A DNA stretch of 64,000 nt. It comes from Eledone cirrhosa (lineage: Eukaryota). Location of the stretch: the NCBI GenBank assembly GCA_964016885.1, contig OZ024755.1:37076001-37140000 (forward strand), given 5' to 3'. The notes below the pieces were generated by a model. The model did no database searches. It was given only the letters and a program-made list of their open reading frames with translations, and was not told the origin of the DNA. Each line of letters starts with the position of its first letter. The stretch's first letter is position 1. The translations under genes were made by a program, and so were the position numbers. Of the stretch, positions 1-12,551 are shown piece after piece.

Positions 1-40
1 TTATTCCGGGTTGAATACACACACACACACACACACACAT

Positions 41-145
<105 letters not shown>

Positions 146-260
146 AGCAAAGTGGTATTTAATTTGTTGGTAATTCAACAAATATATTTATAACATGTTC
201 TAAGCTCTCGATAAGTTTTCTGGATTATAACATTTTTCATTTTTAACCTTTTAATTTTTT

Positions 261-393
261 TAAATACACGTACACTGTAGTAATATAAATACACGTACAC
301 TGTAGTAATATAAATACACGTACACTGTAGTAATATAAATACACGTACACTGTAGTAATATAAATACACGTACACTGTAGTAATATAAATACA
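261..393. repeat. 25-bp minisatellite, ~5.3 copies
   Basis: TAAATACACGTACACTGTAGTAATA starts at 261, 286, 311, 336, 361, with a partial copy at 386. Confidence 0.95.
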
Positions 394-641
394 AGCTTTT
401 CTTTCTTCTTCCTATATATATCGTAATAATTATTTAAATCTACCGAGCGTCTAAAAATAATGATTTTTTTCAGCCCTACGCCTCAACCTCATTTGCATAT
501 TCATAAAAATAATTTGAAATATTTGTTTTTTTCTTTCTTCCCCTTTTCCCCCCTTTCTCTCTTTCATTTCACTATCCAGGTGAAACTTGAACCGTTAAGG
601 TCTCATTCCTGGACATTTCAATATTTATAAAACAAACTTTG

Positions 642-702
642 TATTTTATCTGATGAGTGCGTACAAATGTTTTGGTACCCTTGAAATATATATAATAGAA
701 TA
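642..702 (+). ncRNA. Type I hammerhead ribozyme motif, family A (PLE pLTR-derived)
   Basis: UAUUUUAU-CUGAUGA-stem II (GUAC..GUAC)-GAAA-UAUAUA-UA-AUAGAAUA. Stem I closes, and stem III is palindromic as in dimeric PLE hammerheads. Confidence 0.75.
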
Positions 703-756
703 AATATGGTTTTATAAATATAGTTTCCATTTATTAATATCATTGATATATATATA

Positions 757-1030
757 TAGCTTAAAATGGAGTGAGAATAAGAAAGCAAGAACGGGGGAGT
801 TTTCCTCATCAGTTGCCTACTGGGGGTCTCGGATTCCCTTTTCCCTTCTATTTTCCTTCCCTCGCCCCTCCGTTTTCCCAATAACTTACCCAGTTATTGA
901 TGGCTCTGGGCGGTATATATCTTGTCTTTAAAGCCTGGAAATATCCGAGACCCCTAGAAGACAACTGATGAGAAAAACTCTCACCGCCCCAGTTCTTGCT
1001 TTCTTCTTATTCTCACTCCATGTTAAGCTA
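757..1030. mobile_element. Fold-back pLTR-like element, arms 757-834 / 943-1030, each containing CTGATGAG
   Basis: TAGCTTAAAATGGAGTGAGAATAAGAAAGCAAGAAC is the near reverse complement of 996-1030. A related fold-back lies at ~14725-14872. Confidence 0.6.
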
Positions 1031-1076
1031 CCTTAACTAGCAACTACACAGCCATTTCTATTCTCTCTCTGTCTCC

Positions 1077-1161
<85 letters not shown>

Positions 1162-1341
1162 AAATCAACTTTTTAAAAGAAGTTGCATTATTACAAGGTA
1201 TGTCACTAATTATTTATAAAACAGCTTATGTATTGTATTTTGTCTGAGGCAGGCATACCATATTTTTAATATGATATCCCAGAAATATATATAACGAAAT
1301 AAATATGGTTTTATAAATATAGTTTCCATTTGTTTAATATC

Positions 1342-1413
<72 letters not shown>

Positions 1414-1441
1414 GTGGTTACACAACAGTTAGTTTACCATA

Positions 1442-1481
1442 TCGAGAACAATTGTTTCACCTTAGCGGATCTTCAGCTCGG
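1442..1481 (-). ncRNA. Minimal type I hammerhead, family B
   Basis: Reverse complement reads CCGAG-CUGAAGA-UCCGCUAAGGU-GAAA-CAAUUG-UU-CUCGA. Same family as 25575-25614. Confidence 0.75.
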
Positions 1482-1514
1482 GATCCTTTTTTTTTTTTTT
1501 TTTTTTTTTTAAAC

Positions 1515-2020
1515 TTGAGCTTATGGAAGGGTCTGTGGGTGTGTGGGTGTGTATGCGAAGGTCTAAATTAATGTCTAAGAAATCTACGAGAGGTTGGTGG
1601 CTACTGTTATCCTAAGGCGTAACTCATTGAAGGTAGAAGCTAAGTCTTTTTTAAACCGGTCGAGGTCGTGACCACTTTTATTGTTCGATAAAGTCAGTCC
1701 ATCGTCACGGTATATTCCCGTGTGGAAGTGCGGGAATCTAACACGTAATATGTCTAAGATAAAAAGGCCAACCAAGTCGCATACGTCAGCACTGTCAAAC
1801 GATCCCATGGAGACGTCGAACAGGTCTGAAGTTGTAGACTTCTTTGCCCAGGCTACTCCGTCGTTGAAGAGGAGGGTTTTCCGGCATTGAACGATGATTT
1901 CCCTGTCTAAAACATGGACGGTGGTGTAAGTGGTAGCGAAGTCCAACTCTTTGTTTAACAGGGTCTCTGAGATCGATGGGTAAAAATCGACAATGTCAAA
2001 CTGTGTGAACTTCGTTTTTT
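1515..2020 (-). pseudogene. Penelope-like reverse transcriptase fragment
   Basis: Minus-strand translation gives FDIVDFYPSI (motif A), FDVSMGSFDSADVCDLVG (B), GIYRDDGL (C) and, after a frameshift, VDFLDINLDL (E). Confidence 0.85.
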
Positions 2021-2028
2021 GGATATTA

Positions 2029-2124
<96 letters not shown>

Positions 2125-2422
2125 GGTATACAAGGATGGAGGAGTATATTAATAAAGAGGAAAATGTGAAGTTGAAGATATTAGTGTCTTTTATTAATCG
2201 AGCTGTTATACATATTTCAATGACGATAGATATCGTGATTTTTCCAAACAGCAAAAATTGATTAAAAGATAACATTTCCGAGGCAATTTTGGGTGGAAGG
2301 GAGTGGACTAAAAAAATGTGTGTTTTTGCTTGGAGCGGCCGCTCCCTCCTCCGGATCGTCACTGAAATATGTATAATAATTAAAGGACCCTAACACCTTC
2401 AACTTCGCACTTTCCTCTTTAT
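2125..2422. mobile_element. Fold-back pLTR-like element with hammerhead 3' half (ATCGTCACT-GAAA-TATGTA-TA)
   Basis: Arms ~2150-2228 and ~2355-2422 are imperfect inverted repeats around a ~125-bp spacer, with (TA)n flanks. Confidence 0.55.
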
Positions 2423-2430
2423 ATATATAT

Positions 2431-2722
2431 ATGAAAAACTCAGAGCTGTATGGGAGCATCCCAAAAGTCAGCTCAAAAGTGACACAGAGGAGACTGAGGT
2501 TAGCTGGACATGCTCACCGACATCCAGAGTTGACATTGCACTCAGTGCTCCTTTGGGAGCCCCTACATGGACACACTAGAAGAGGAAGACCAAGGTTAAC
2601 GTATGTTGATGCCCTAAGGACAGGCACTGGTCTCTTGGAGACGCAGGATATGGCAGCGATAATGAGGGACAGAGACCGCTGGAGAGAACTCGTCCATGGA
2701 TCTCGGGAATTTTACCCGCCTT

Positions 2723-2724
<2 letters not shown>
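2431..2724 (+). mobile_element. 5'-truncated RTE-clade LINE 3' end in (TA)n
   Basis: RRLRLAGHAHRH...LLWEP...RRGRPRLTYVD...MRDRDRWR is a typical RTE C-terminus. A second copy is at 10596-11064. Confidence 0.85.
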
Positions 2725-2757
<33 letters not shown>

Positions 2758-2908
2758 TTTTTTCCTTGGATTTCACAGAAATCTGTGGATAAAATTTTTG
2801 CCTTGACTTTCTTTGAATTGAGTTTGAATTATTTTCCATCTTGACGTTATAGTCACTTATATATTATGAAATACTATTGGCTTCTTGCTCAAATTAATTT
2901 CTCTATTT

Positions 2909-2974
<66 letters not shown>

Positions 2975-3567
2975 ATACTTGGGGAGGGTCATGTTGTTAT
3001 AATATTGCCAGAAATATATAATGAAACACACTCATTATTTGGTTTGGGTTGGTTTTCGATTCAGTATATTTTATATTTCTATAATTAATTTAGCTAGCAA
3101 TCATTGAATGACCAACAGTTAAAAATATATATATAAATATAGTAGATATATATATATATAGATTTCTATCGTCACGTCACAAATCTATGACATCATCAGT
3201 GATGTTATTATGTTTCCTCCTGTTGTATTGCTGTAATGTTCTCCTATTCTATTTTATTTAATTTATTTATTTATTTATTATTATCTCTGTTTACGTATGC
3301 GTACAAGCGTGTTTTCAATTTGGTGCGCGTTCGTGTGTTCGTGCCTGAGTCTTTGTGTATTTGTATCCTGTCTATGGTCACTAGTGTGTGTTTAAGTGTG
3401 GCTGTTGTTATTGTATCTATGTATGTTTATTTATATTTATCTTAGATCACTATTGTCTGTTTGTGTTTGGTTGTTGTTGTTATTTGATTCAAGTCTTCTT
3501 TTCAGCTTCGGGTTTCTCAATTCTATTTCTGTTGCTTCCCTAATTTGTCTACTGTTGAATATAATTG

Positions 3568-3618
<51 letters not shown>

Positions 3619-3620
<2 letters not shown>

Positions 3621-3851
3621 CGAAGGAATTGTGGTAAGGAACCAGATAGACCATAACGTACCAGAGTACTCAATACTTAGGGTAGTAGAGTAGGTAATAG
3701 GAAAAAGTATGACCACGACGGCAGAGCTCAAGCCGTTTCGTCGGCTATTTCTGGACCCAACTTCACATTTTTCTCTTCTTTAATATACTCAAGTCCAGAA
3801 ATAGCCGTCGAAACGGCTTGAGCTCTGCCGTCGGGCTCATACTTTTTCCTA
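3619..3851. mobile_element. Family C fold-back element (hammerhead 3' half on both arms)
   Basis: Long minus arm 3619-3756 and short plus arm 3793-3851 meet in the stem II loop with a ~36-bp filler, flanked by (TA)n. Confidence 0.85.
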
Positions 3852-3863
3852 TATATATATATA

Positions 3864-4356
<493 letters not shown>

Positions 4357-4526
4357 GAACGTATTAGGGTCAATCCCACTCTCCAAAAAGTAGAACATAT
4401 TTATATAATTACAGTGTATGCAGGTTGGAGCACTCAACGAGTGCGCAGGCTGGTCTGTTTACTCCGGAGTAAAGTAAAAAGAAGTGTAAGTCAAAAAGGT
4501 AAAATTAGCTTCGTTTATTCATATTC

Positions 4527-4585
4527 GCTGTTATATATATTTCAGTGATAGTCATTAATCAACAGTTATGACTTCATCAGACAGT
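4527..4585 (-). ncRNA. Type I hammerhead motif, family D
   Basis: Reverse complement reads ACUGU-CUGAUGA-AGUCAU..AUGACU..-GAAA-UAUAUA-UA-ACAGC. Relative of 23634-23688. Confidence 0.65.
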
Positions 4586-4740
4586 AAGAACTTGAACAGA
4601 AAAACAGGCAAACATAATGTTGTAATAGATTTTACCTTGTTAATTCATTGATATGAATTTTACCCTGTTGACTTACACTTCTTGTATATATATATACAAT
4701 GATATTAAATAAATGGAAACTATATTTATAAAACCATATT

Positions 4741-4804
4741 TATTTTATTATATATATTTCAAGGGTACCAAGACAACATTGGTAAGCTTTCATCAGATAA
4801 AATA
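4741..4804 (-). ncRNA. Type I hammerhead motif, family A
   Basis: Reverse complement reads UAUUUUAU-CUGAUGA-AAGCUUACCAA..UUGGUACCCUU-GAAA-UAUAUA-UA-AUAAAAUA. Confidence 0.75.
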
Positions 4805-4914
4805 CAAAGTTTGTTTTATAAATAGAGACATACCCATGAAAATCATACCTTATCGGTTGGAAATTCACTGGATTTATGTTTGTCGGACTTCCAACAAATT
4901 AAATACCACTTCTA

Positions 4915-5019
<105 letters not shown>

Positions 5020-5170
5020 ATAATAATAAATTTGAAGACAAAAATCCAAAGAGGGCTCGATAAGGATAAATATATATCAAATATATAAGAACCGTAGAGC
5101 AAATATATATTTGCTTAAACTTTAATCTGTTATTTTAATAAATATATATATTTTAATAAATATATATATA

Positions 5171-5340
5171 AGGTTGTGAGTTCGATTCCTAGAGCAGGCG
5201 ATGCGTTATGTCCTTGAGCAAGACACTTTATTTCACGTTGCTCCTTCTACCTGGAGTTGCGACCGATAGATAGTATTAGCAATTGGAAAGACCAACGGAA
5301 ACATTGTTCCCTCGGTCCGATTTGACGAAAGTCGATCGAT
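5171..5340 (+). mobile_element. tRNA-derived SINE family 2 (CORE-like domain), 5'-truncated
   Basis: B box GAGTTCGATTCC, then GTCCTTGAGCAAGACACTT. Other copies at 26418-26597(-), 36627-36760, 38360-38555 and 43720-43930. Confidence 0.8.
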
Positions 5341-5754
5341 CCTATATATATATATACTATACGGAGAGAGAAATTTATCTGATAGTAATTATTCTATATT
5401 ATGTGTACGATTCGATCCACTTTCAGATAAACATTTATTGAAAGTAGCTGTAATTATTTTTACTGGTGACATTTAGCCTCAACCTTTAATACAATACTAA
5501 ATGACTAATATGAGAATTACTATGTCACTCCTTTCATTTCTTTCTCTGGCCTCTCCAAGGTTCGGGTCTTCTTTAGTCCATACTATAACTCAACAATTCA
5601 GCCCAAAATCTTTTTTCCATTGCTGTTTGCTACATTCTTACAACAACTTTACTCGAACGTTTTTACCGCTATATATAGCTTATATAAATTCGTCTCATAC
5701 TCTTTTGAAATGTTTGTTGATTCGGTGACATTTCGAAGTAAACAGTCATTATTT

Positions 5755-6100
5755 CTGAGTTCAAATCCCGCCGAGGTTAACTTTGCCTTTCATCCTTACG
5801 GAGGTCGATAAAATAAAGTACCAGTAATACACTGGTGAATTGCTGGCCTTGATACAATAAAGTACCAGTAATACACTGGTGAATTGCTGGCCTAGATACA
5901 ATTATTAATATCAAAGGGTGGTGGTTTGGCAGTATCGGTAGAGGGTCGGACAACATGCTTTGTAGCCCCTTTCTGATCCGAGTTCAAATCCTGCCGAGAT
6001 TAACTTTGCCTTTCATCCTTACGGGGTCGATAAAATAAAGTACCAGTAATGTACTGGGTAATTGCTGGCCTTGTGCCAAAAAGTAGAAACAATTATTAAT
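5755..6100 (+). mobile_element. tRNA-derived SINE family 1 (Deu/Nin-like domain): truncated copy plus full copy
   Basis: A box TGGCAGTATCGG, B box GAGTTCAAATCC, GCCTTTCATCCTTACGGGGTCGATAAAATAAAGTACCAG domain and (ATT)n tail. Confidence 0.9.
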
Positions 6101-6702
6101 ATCAAATATTATATATATGTGTGTACGTGTGTACATATATGCATATGTCTGCTTTGTTAGTCCATCAGTTAATAAAGAAGACCATTATATGGCCAATGTA
6201 TTATAACAACAAACATGGCAGCTATGCGAGGTACCAGGGAATGATAATCGTTTACGTCTTTGCTACATATTCTATGTCCATTTCAAATAGAAACAACTAC
6301 GGAAATAGTGGTATTTCACTGTTATTGATAGGATCTGATACTCTGGCTGCTGCAATGTGTGGGTGCCATTTTAACGGTTTCCAAACGCCCACAGAAAATG
6401 TCTGACTTAAGAATTTACATTTATTCTCTTACGTTATTTTTCTTCCGATCGATGGTTATGAATATTTATGACAGACTCAATTCTCTGAGCGAGGTACGAC
6501 AATATGCAATATTCTCCTGTTAAATTACTTACATTCATTTAAAAATAATAGTAGATGTAATGATGTATTGTCCTACTGACTCTATCAATAAATAGTATTT
6601 CCAAATTAATCGTTAATTCGGACTTATAATTTCTTCCTTTATTTTCCCTTTCTATTGTGAATCCTGATTGTATGCCTGCATAGATGTAAATATTATTCTA
6701 AA

Positions 6703-7329
6703 CTAGACTACTTGTGACCCGCTGGGTCACGTTCACTTCAAATTATTTCTAAAAAATCATGTTCACTTAAAAATAATTTTTAAATAATTAAAATATACAC
6801 AGACATGTATATAATGTGAAATGAAACTGGAAGGCCCATATATATACGTGTGTGTATGTATATATATATAAATATGTGTGCTTGTATACATATATATGTA
6901 TGTGTGTGTGCCTTTATATGTATATGTGGGTGCCTGTGATCTATATACACTGGTCATAGACACACACACACACATATATATATATACACACACACTCACA
7001 AATATATATACACAACACCACCACCAGCTCTCTCTTACATTCTCCTTCTCTGTCTCCACTCCCTCTCTCTATGTCTCTCTCTTTCAATCTACTCTCTCAC
7101 AACCACTATCTCTTCTTCTCTGTCTTTCACTCTCTCTGTTTATGAAGGTACACGGAAAAACCCCATATCTCGGGAACTCGTGGTCCGGTTTACGCGAAAC
7201 TTGTTTTATTCCATTTGTATTCCCATTTCTGGCTCAACTTCCTTTCAAAGTATTTTCTCATTATGCGCTCTTTTGGCTGTATTACATTACAGACAAGCAA
7301 GCAAGCGCAGAGTTTTAGTAATATATAGA
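6703..7329 (-). mobile_element. Non-autonomous Helitron
   Basis: Minus strand starts A|TCTATATATT and ends with hairpin GTGACCC-AGC-GGGTCAC followed by CTAG|T. It has internal microsatellites and relatives at 33275-34365 and 50930-51098. Confidence 0.8.
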
Positions 7330-7482
7330 TATTATAAGTTATATTTCTGATGTTTAATAGACAAATCATTTAATATTACAATAACTACATTGTATCGTTA
7401 TTTTCGTATTCAAACTCACAACTGCATATTTCGTTCATTAGCAATAGCTGTATATGATGTAATTCACAGCCTTATGAGTATA

Positions 7483-7694
7483 CTAGCTGGCCCGTCCGGT
7501 TGGCGTCCGGCTAGGTATACTTGCCCCCACTACTCCACTGCAAAGGTACCACACACTCTCCCGTGTCACATTGTCCTTCCGACTTCGTAGCAAAGGGGAG
7601 GAGCTACGGTGAGTTTAAAAAGATAGAGTTAAGCTGTGTTGTTAATATACATACATACATACATATATACGACCGTCAGCTTTATAAGTATAGA
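7483..7694 (-). mobile_element. Short non-autonomous Helitron-like element
   Basis: Minus strand reads A|TCTATAC...GC-rich subterminal segment...CTAG|T. A similar 5' end lies at 8506. Confidence 0.6.
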
Positions 7695-7800
7695 TATGTG
7701 CGTGTGTGTGTTTGTGTATGTGTGTTTGTGTATGTGTGTATGTGCATGTGTGTGCCTGAGTGTTTTGTCAATCCGGCAATTGACGAAATCAGGTGTGAAA

Positions 7801-7901
<101 letters not shown>

Positions 7902-8211
7902 ACTCATGCGAGCGAAGACAGATAAAAGATATACCACGGAAATGGACGTTATTTTTCAATCACCGCTACATTTGATCATACACATTGTTTATTTCAAAAT
8001 TATTTTAATGCCGATACTTGATTTAACTCATTGGAAATTCGATCACTTGCTGATGCCCCTCTCTCTCTCTCTGTCTCTCTCTCTCGCTATCTCTCTGAAT
8101 AACTAACAGTTTAATTGTATCTCTCTGTCTAACGGCCTATCTCTCTCTTTTACTCTCCCTCTGTTTTTCTGTCTCTCTCTGTAGATGTGTGTGTGTAGTT
8201 TTCCTAATCTT

Positions 8212-8276
<65 letters not shown>

Positions 8277-9075
8277 ATATTGAAGGGAGATACGGAAACT
8301 AAAGCAATGTTGTCATAAAGAGAGTGAAGAGCGCAGAGAGAGAGAGTAAAGCAGTTAAATTATAGAGAGGGGCAATGATCTATTATAGAGAGAGGGAAGG
8401 GCGACGGAGAGAGTAAATCTAAGAAACTATAGGGTGGTGTGTAGGATACATACATACATACATACATAATACATACATACGACGCTCAGCTTTATAATAT
8501 TATAGATTTCAGGATGATTATTTCATATTTTATATTTTACATAGGAAATTATTCTTTCAGGGTTATTGATTACTATAAGCAATATATTTACTGTCACGCC
8601 TCTAATATTTCTATATCAATACACAATCACTTTATTTACGATATTCCCACGTATATCTTTTGAAAAAGAAATCAAACTCATTCTACTTAGATAAGTAGAA
8701 TTATATCCCACATTTTGAGACTTAGCCTAGTTAATTAATGATATTTCTTCCAGTTTTGTTATAGCAAAAATAATGATTAGTTTGTATTCACTGTTAAATA
8801 AAGACATCTTCCTAATAAGGAGACGCTTTATATTTATACCTATATTGGTTTCTAATTTCTTTGTCTTTTCTGCTCAGTCCATCAATATATAACTTTAGAT
8901 TGACAATATACGGTAGTAGCCTAAAACAAGAAACAAATGGAAAGAAATATTTATTAGTTTAGAAAATGTTGTACGGATGTCGAAAGGTATTTTGGTAAAC
9001 AAAACAATTGACGCTGCATTTAATTGCAGTAAAGATCTTTGAATCAAGACAATCATATAAATATATACACACACA

Positions 9076-9185
<110 letters not shown>

Positions 9186-9322
9186 ACAAGAAAGTGTGGT
9201 AAGAAACCAGGTGGAACATAACGCACGAGAGTACTCGATACTTAGAGTAGTACTAGATCCGAACTGTTCGGATCTAGCTGTCGAAACGGCCGGAGCTCAG
9301 CCGTCGGGGTCCTGAATCTTTT

Positions 9323-9326
<4 letters not shown>
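9186..9326. mobile_element. Family C subfamily fold-back element
   Basis: CTAGATCCGAAC-T-GTTCGGATCTAG hairpin followed by GAAACGGC..GCCGTC-GGGGTC. Relatives at 32775-32970 and 37745-37802. Confidence 0.75.
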
Positions 9327-9362
<36 letters not shown>

Positions 9363-9363
9363 C

Positions 9364-9413
<50 letters not shown>

Positions 9414-9466
9414 ATCCCGGGTTCAATCGGGGTTAACCACAGTAATTAAGGTACTCAACAAATAGC

Positions 9467-9535
<69 letters not shown>

Positions 9536-9537
<2 letters not shown>

Positions 9538-9757
9538 CGAAGGAAATGTGGTAAGGAACCAGATGGACCATAACGCACCAAAGTACTCAATACTTAGGGT
9601 AGTAGAGTGGGTAATAGGAACGAGTAGGACCCCGACGACTGAGCTCAAGCCGTTTCGACGGCTGATTCTGGACTAAAACAATTAAAAAAAAATTTTTTTT
9701 TTAGTCCAGAATTAGCCGTCGAAACGCCTTTAGCTCAGCCGTCGGGTCCTACTCGTT

Positions 9758-9761
<4 letters not shown>
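9536..9761. mobile_element. Family C fold-back element
   Basis: Long minus arm and short plus arm joined through an A/T-rich filler (9674-9702) at the stem II loop. Confidence 0.85.
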
Positions 9762-9831
<70 letters not shown>

Positions 9832-9924
9832 GCCGAGTGCTGCATGGCCGGAAGAAAACCGGTGCTGCGAAAACTGAGACGCGCGTCCTCTCAAGGAAGC
9901 GTGCGCAGCGCACTCTATATGTAA

Positions 9925-10465
9925 ATTGCTGAAGCTGGTGCAGTAATGCACCAGCTTCAGCATTCAGTATTCAGAAGGAGTGAGGTGGGTATAAAACCCA
10001 AACTCGCATTATTCAATTCCTATGATCCTTACCTATGGTCATGAATCTGGGGTAATGATCGAAAGAATACAATCACAAATACAAGGGGCCGAAATGCGGT
10101 TCTTCCGAAGAGTTTTTGGAATAGCATTACTCGATAGTGCGTAGCTCGGAGATCAAAGAGTCACTCTGTGGAGAGCCGTTCTTTCTCCAAATTGAGAGAT
10201 CACAGCTCAGATACTATGGGCATGGGGTTAGAATGTCTCTGGAAAGAATCGCTGGACAGATTCTACCTGCAAACCAACCGACAGGAGATCCAGGGACGGA
10301 CCTCGAGGAAGATGGTTGGATATCTTCCATGAGCTTGGCTGGTCTCGCTTCGGGATCAAGCTGGATCAGTTAGAGACGGTTACGTCTGACAGGAACCGCT
10401 GGAAGGGGCGTTTGAAGACTCTGCTCTCACGACCCTCTCAGGAATATGTGGGCGAAGAAGAAGAA
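9925..10465 (+). mobile_element. RTE-clade (Expander/Rex3-like) LINE 3' fragment, degenerate
   Basis: LTYGHES..MIERIQSQIQGAEMRFFRRV..IERSQLRYYGHGVRM..DRNRWK, with a (GAA)n tail. Confidence 0.8.
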
Positions 10466-10532
10466 TATATATATATATTTATAAAATTAGAATTTTATTT
10501 CTTGCCCTACCTCAGCTTATACGTGTGCATAC

Positions 10533-10595
<63 letters not shown>

Positions 10596-10599
<4 letters not shown>

Positions 10600-11062
10600 T
10601 TTTGAGCTGACTTTTGGGATGGTCCCATACAGCTTTGAGTTTTTCATCCTCAGTGTATACTGATTAATGCTCAGAGCCATCCTCAGCATTCTCGTGTAGC
10701 ACCCATCCACCATCTGAGTGAGTTTCCTGGTCAGTGTCCAAGTCTCAGACCCATACAGCAGCACAGACTCCACTACAGCAATGAAGAGGCGGATTTTCAG
10801 GTCTCTACGAAGGTCCGACTTCCACAGAGGAGACTGAGGTTAGCTAGACATGCTCACCGACATCCAGAGTTGACATTGCACTCAGTGCTCCTTTGGGAGC
10901 CCATACATGGACACACTAGAAGAGGAAGACCAATGTTAACGTATGTTGATGCCCTAAGGACAGACACTGGTCTGTTGGAGACGCAGGACATGGCAGCGAT
11001 AATGAGGGACAGAGACTGCTGGAGAGAACTCGTCCATGGATCTCGGGAATTTTACCCGCCTT

Positions 11063-11064
<2 letters not shown>
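10596..11064. mobile_element. RTE LINE with 5' inversion (minus 10596-10822, plus 10823-11064)
   Basis: The minus part encodes ESVLLYGSETWTLT..PKVSSKV and the plus part resumes RRLRLARHAHRH. It is colinear with the copy at 2431. Confidence 0.9.
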
Positions 11065-11101
<37 letters not shown>

Positions 11102-11102
<1 letters not shown>

Positions 11103-11728
11103 GAGGTGTGTCAGAAAAGTTCCAGGACTGATGTCACAAAAGATTTATTTCAAACCCAAACTTCACACTAAGAGTTTTCTCCTTCAAAGTAATCCCCCTG
11201 GAGTATGTAACTATAATCTTAGCTCTCTGCAGCGATCAAACTTTTTTCTTCATAATTTTATACACATGTCCTCTGTTTCAGGTCATCAAGCAATGAGCAC
11301 AGCGCAACGAACAAACTTGAAGTTTCTGGTACGGTTGGGGGAAAAGTCCGTCAGAAGAACTGGGATTGCTGCAGCAAGTGTATGGAGATGAGACGATGTC
11401 ACGCTCACGTGTTTTTGAGTGGGGAAAGATGACCCCAGGAGCGGAAGGCCCTCAACAACCAGGATTGAAGTCAACGTTGAGCGCGTCAGGCAGATGGTGC
11501 GTAGCGATCGTCGGCTGACTGTTCGACTGGTGGCAAATGAGCTGGGCATGAATCGGGACAGCGTCTGGAAGATTCTCACTGAAGATTTGGACATGCGGAA
11601 AGTCTGCGCGAAGATGGTGCCAAAACTGCTGAACGATTACCAGAAGGGTCGACGCATGCAAGTGTGAAGTTTGGGTTTGAAATAAATCTTTTGTGACATC
11701 AGTCCTGGAACGTTTCTGACAAACCTCG
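11102..11728 (+). mobile_element. Internally deleted mariner (Tc1/mariner) element
   Basis: ~67-bp terminal inverted repeats starting CGAGGTGTGTCAGAAA with TA flanks. The frameshifted transposase N-terminus reads QRTNLKFLVRLG..DDPRSGRP..DRRLTVR..MRKVCAKMVPKLL. Confidence 0.92.
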
Positions 11729-11831
11729 TATATATATATATTTCGTTTCTGAATTTGTTTAGCAAGATTTTTTATCTGAAATCGTGTGTTGAAACCGATA
11801 TTGTTATACTTTGTATAACAAAGTATAACAA

Positions 11832-11926
<95 letters not shown>

Positions 11927-12024
11927 CAGTAGCGCTGGAGCCACTTTTTTAGCATAAAAACAGGTAGAATTCCCAAAACTAATCAGATCAGAGCAAACAA
12001 CACGGACACTCTATCTCAAAATTA

Positions 12025-12061
12025 TTTTTGAAAAGCACTTAGAAATGCGCAACCGGTAAAA
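12025..12061 (+). ncRNA. Variant hammerhead motif, family E (UUGAAAA / GCAA)
   Basis: UUU-UUGAAAA-GCA..UGC-GCAA-CCGG-UA-AAA. A second copy is at 17460-17496(-). Confidence 0.5.
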
Positions 12062-12172
12062 AACTTAAAACCAAAACTGAATACTAACCAATACAATTAC
12101 TAATTCTCATTTATTCCTAATTAAACTATATTTCAACTGTGAACAATTTGTCAGCATTTTCTATTCCGTTTA

Positions 12173-12207
<35 letters not shown>

Positions 12208-12551
12208 GTAGATAAATCCGTATGAAGAACTCAATGTATTCCGGATATCATGGAAAGAAGAGATGTAATGAAAAATCACTTTGTTTAATATAAGGAACTG
12301 TTTCATTGTTTTATTCATTATTTGTTTAATATTTTATATATATTTATATATTTATATATTTATATATTTATATAGTGAAAGAGTGAAGAATAACATGGTC
12401 AACAGTACAAAAAGGGTTTTATTTACAGTATTAACAATTGTTTCATTGATTAAGTTGTCTAAAAATTTCAGATCACTTGAAGTTGTGTTACTCAATTTTA
12501 ATTATAATGTATGCTTAACCAAATCATCAGCAAAACTGATTAAAATTATAC

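Noticed and set aside
6121-6405. 94-aa ORF in non-repetitive-looking DNA
   Set aside because: No recognisable motif or convincing splice sites, so it cannot be supported as a host exon.
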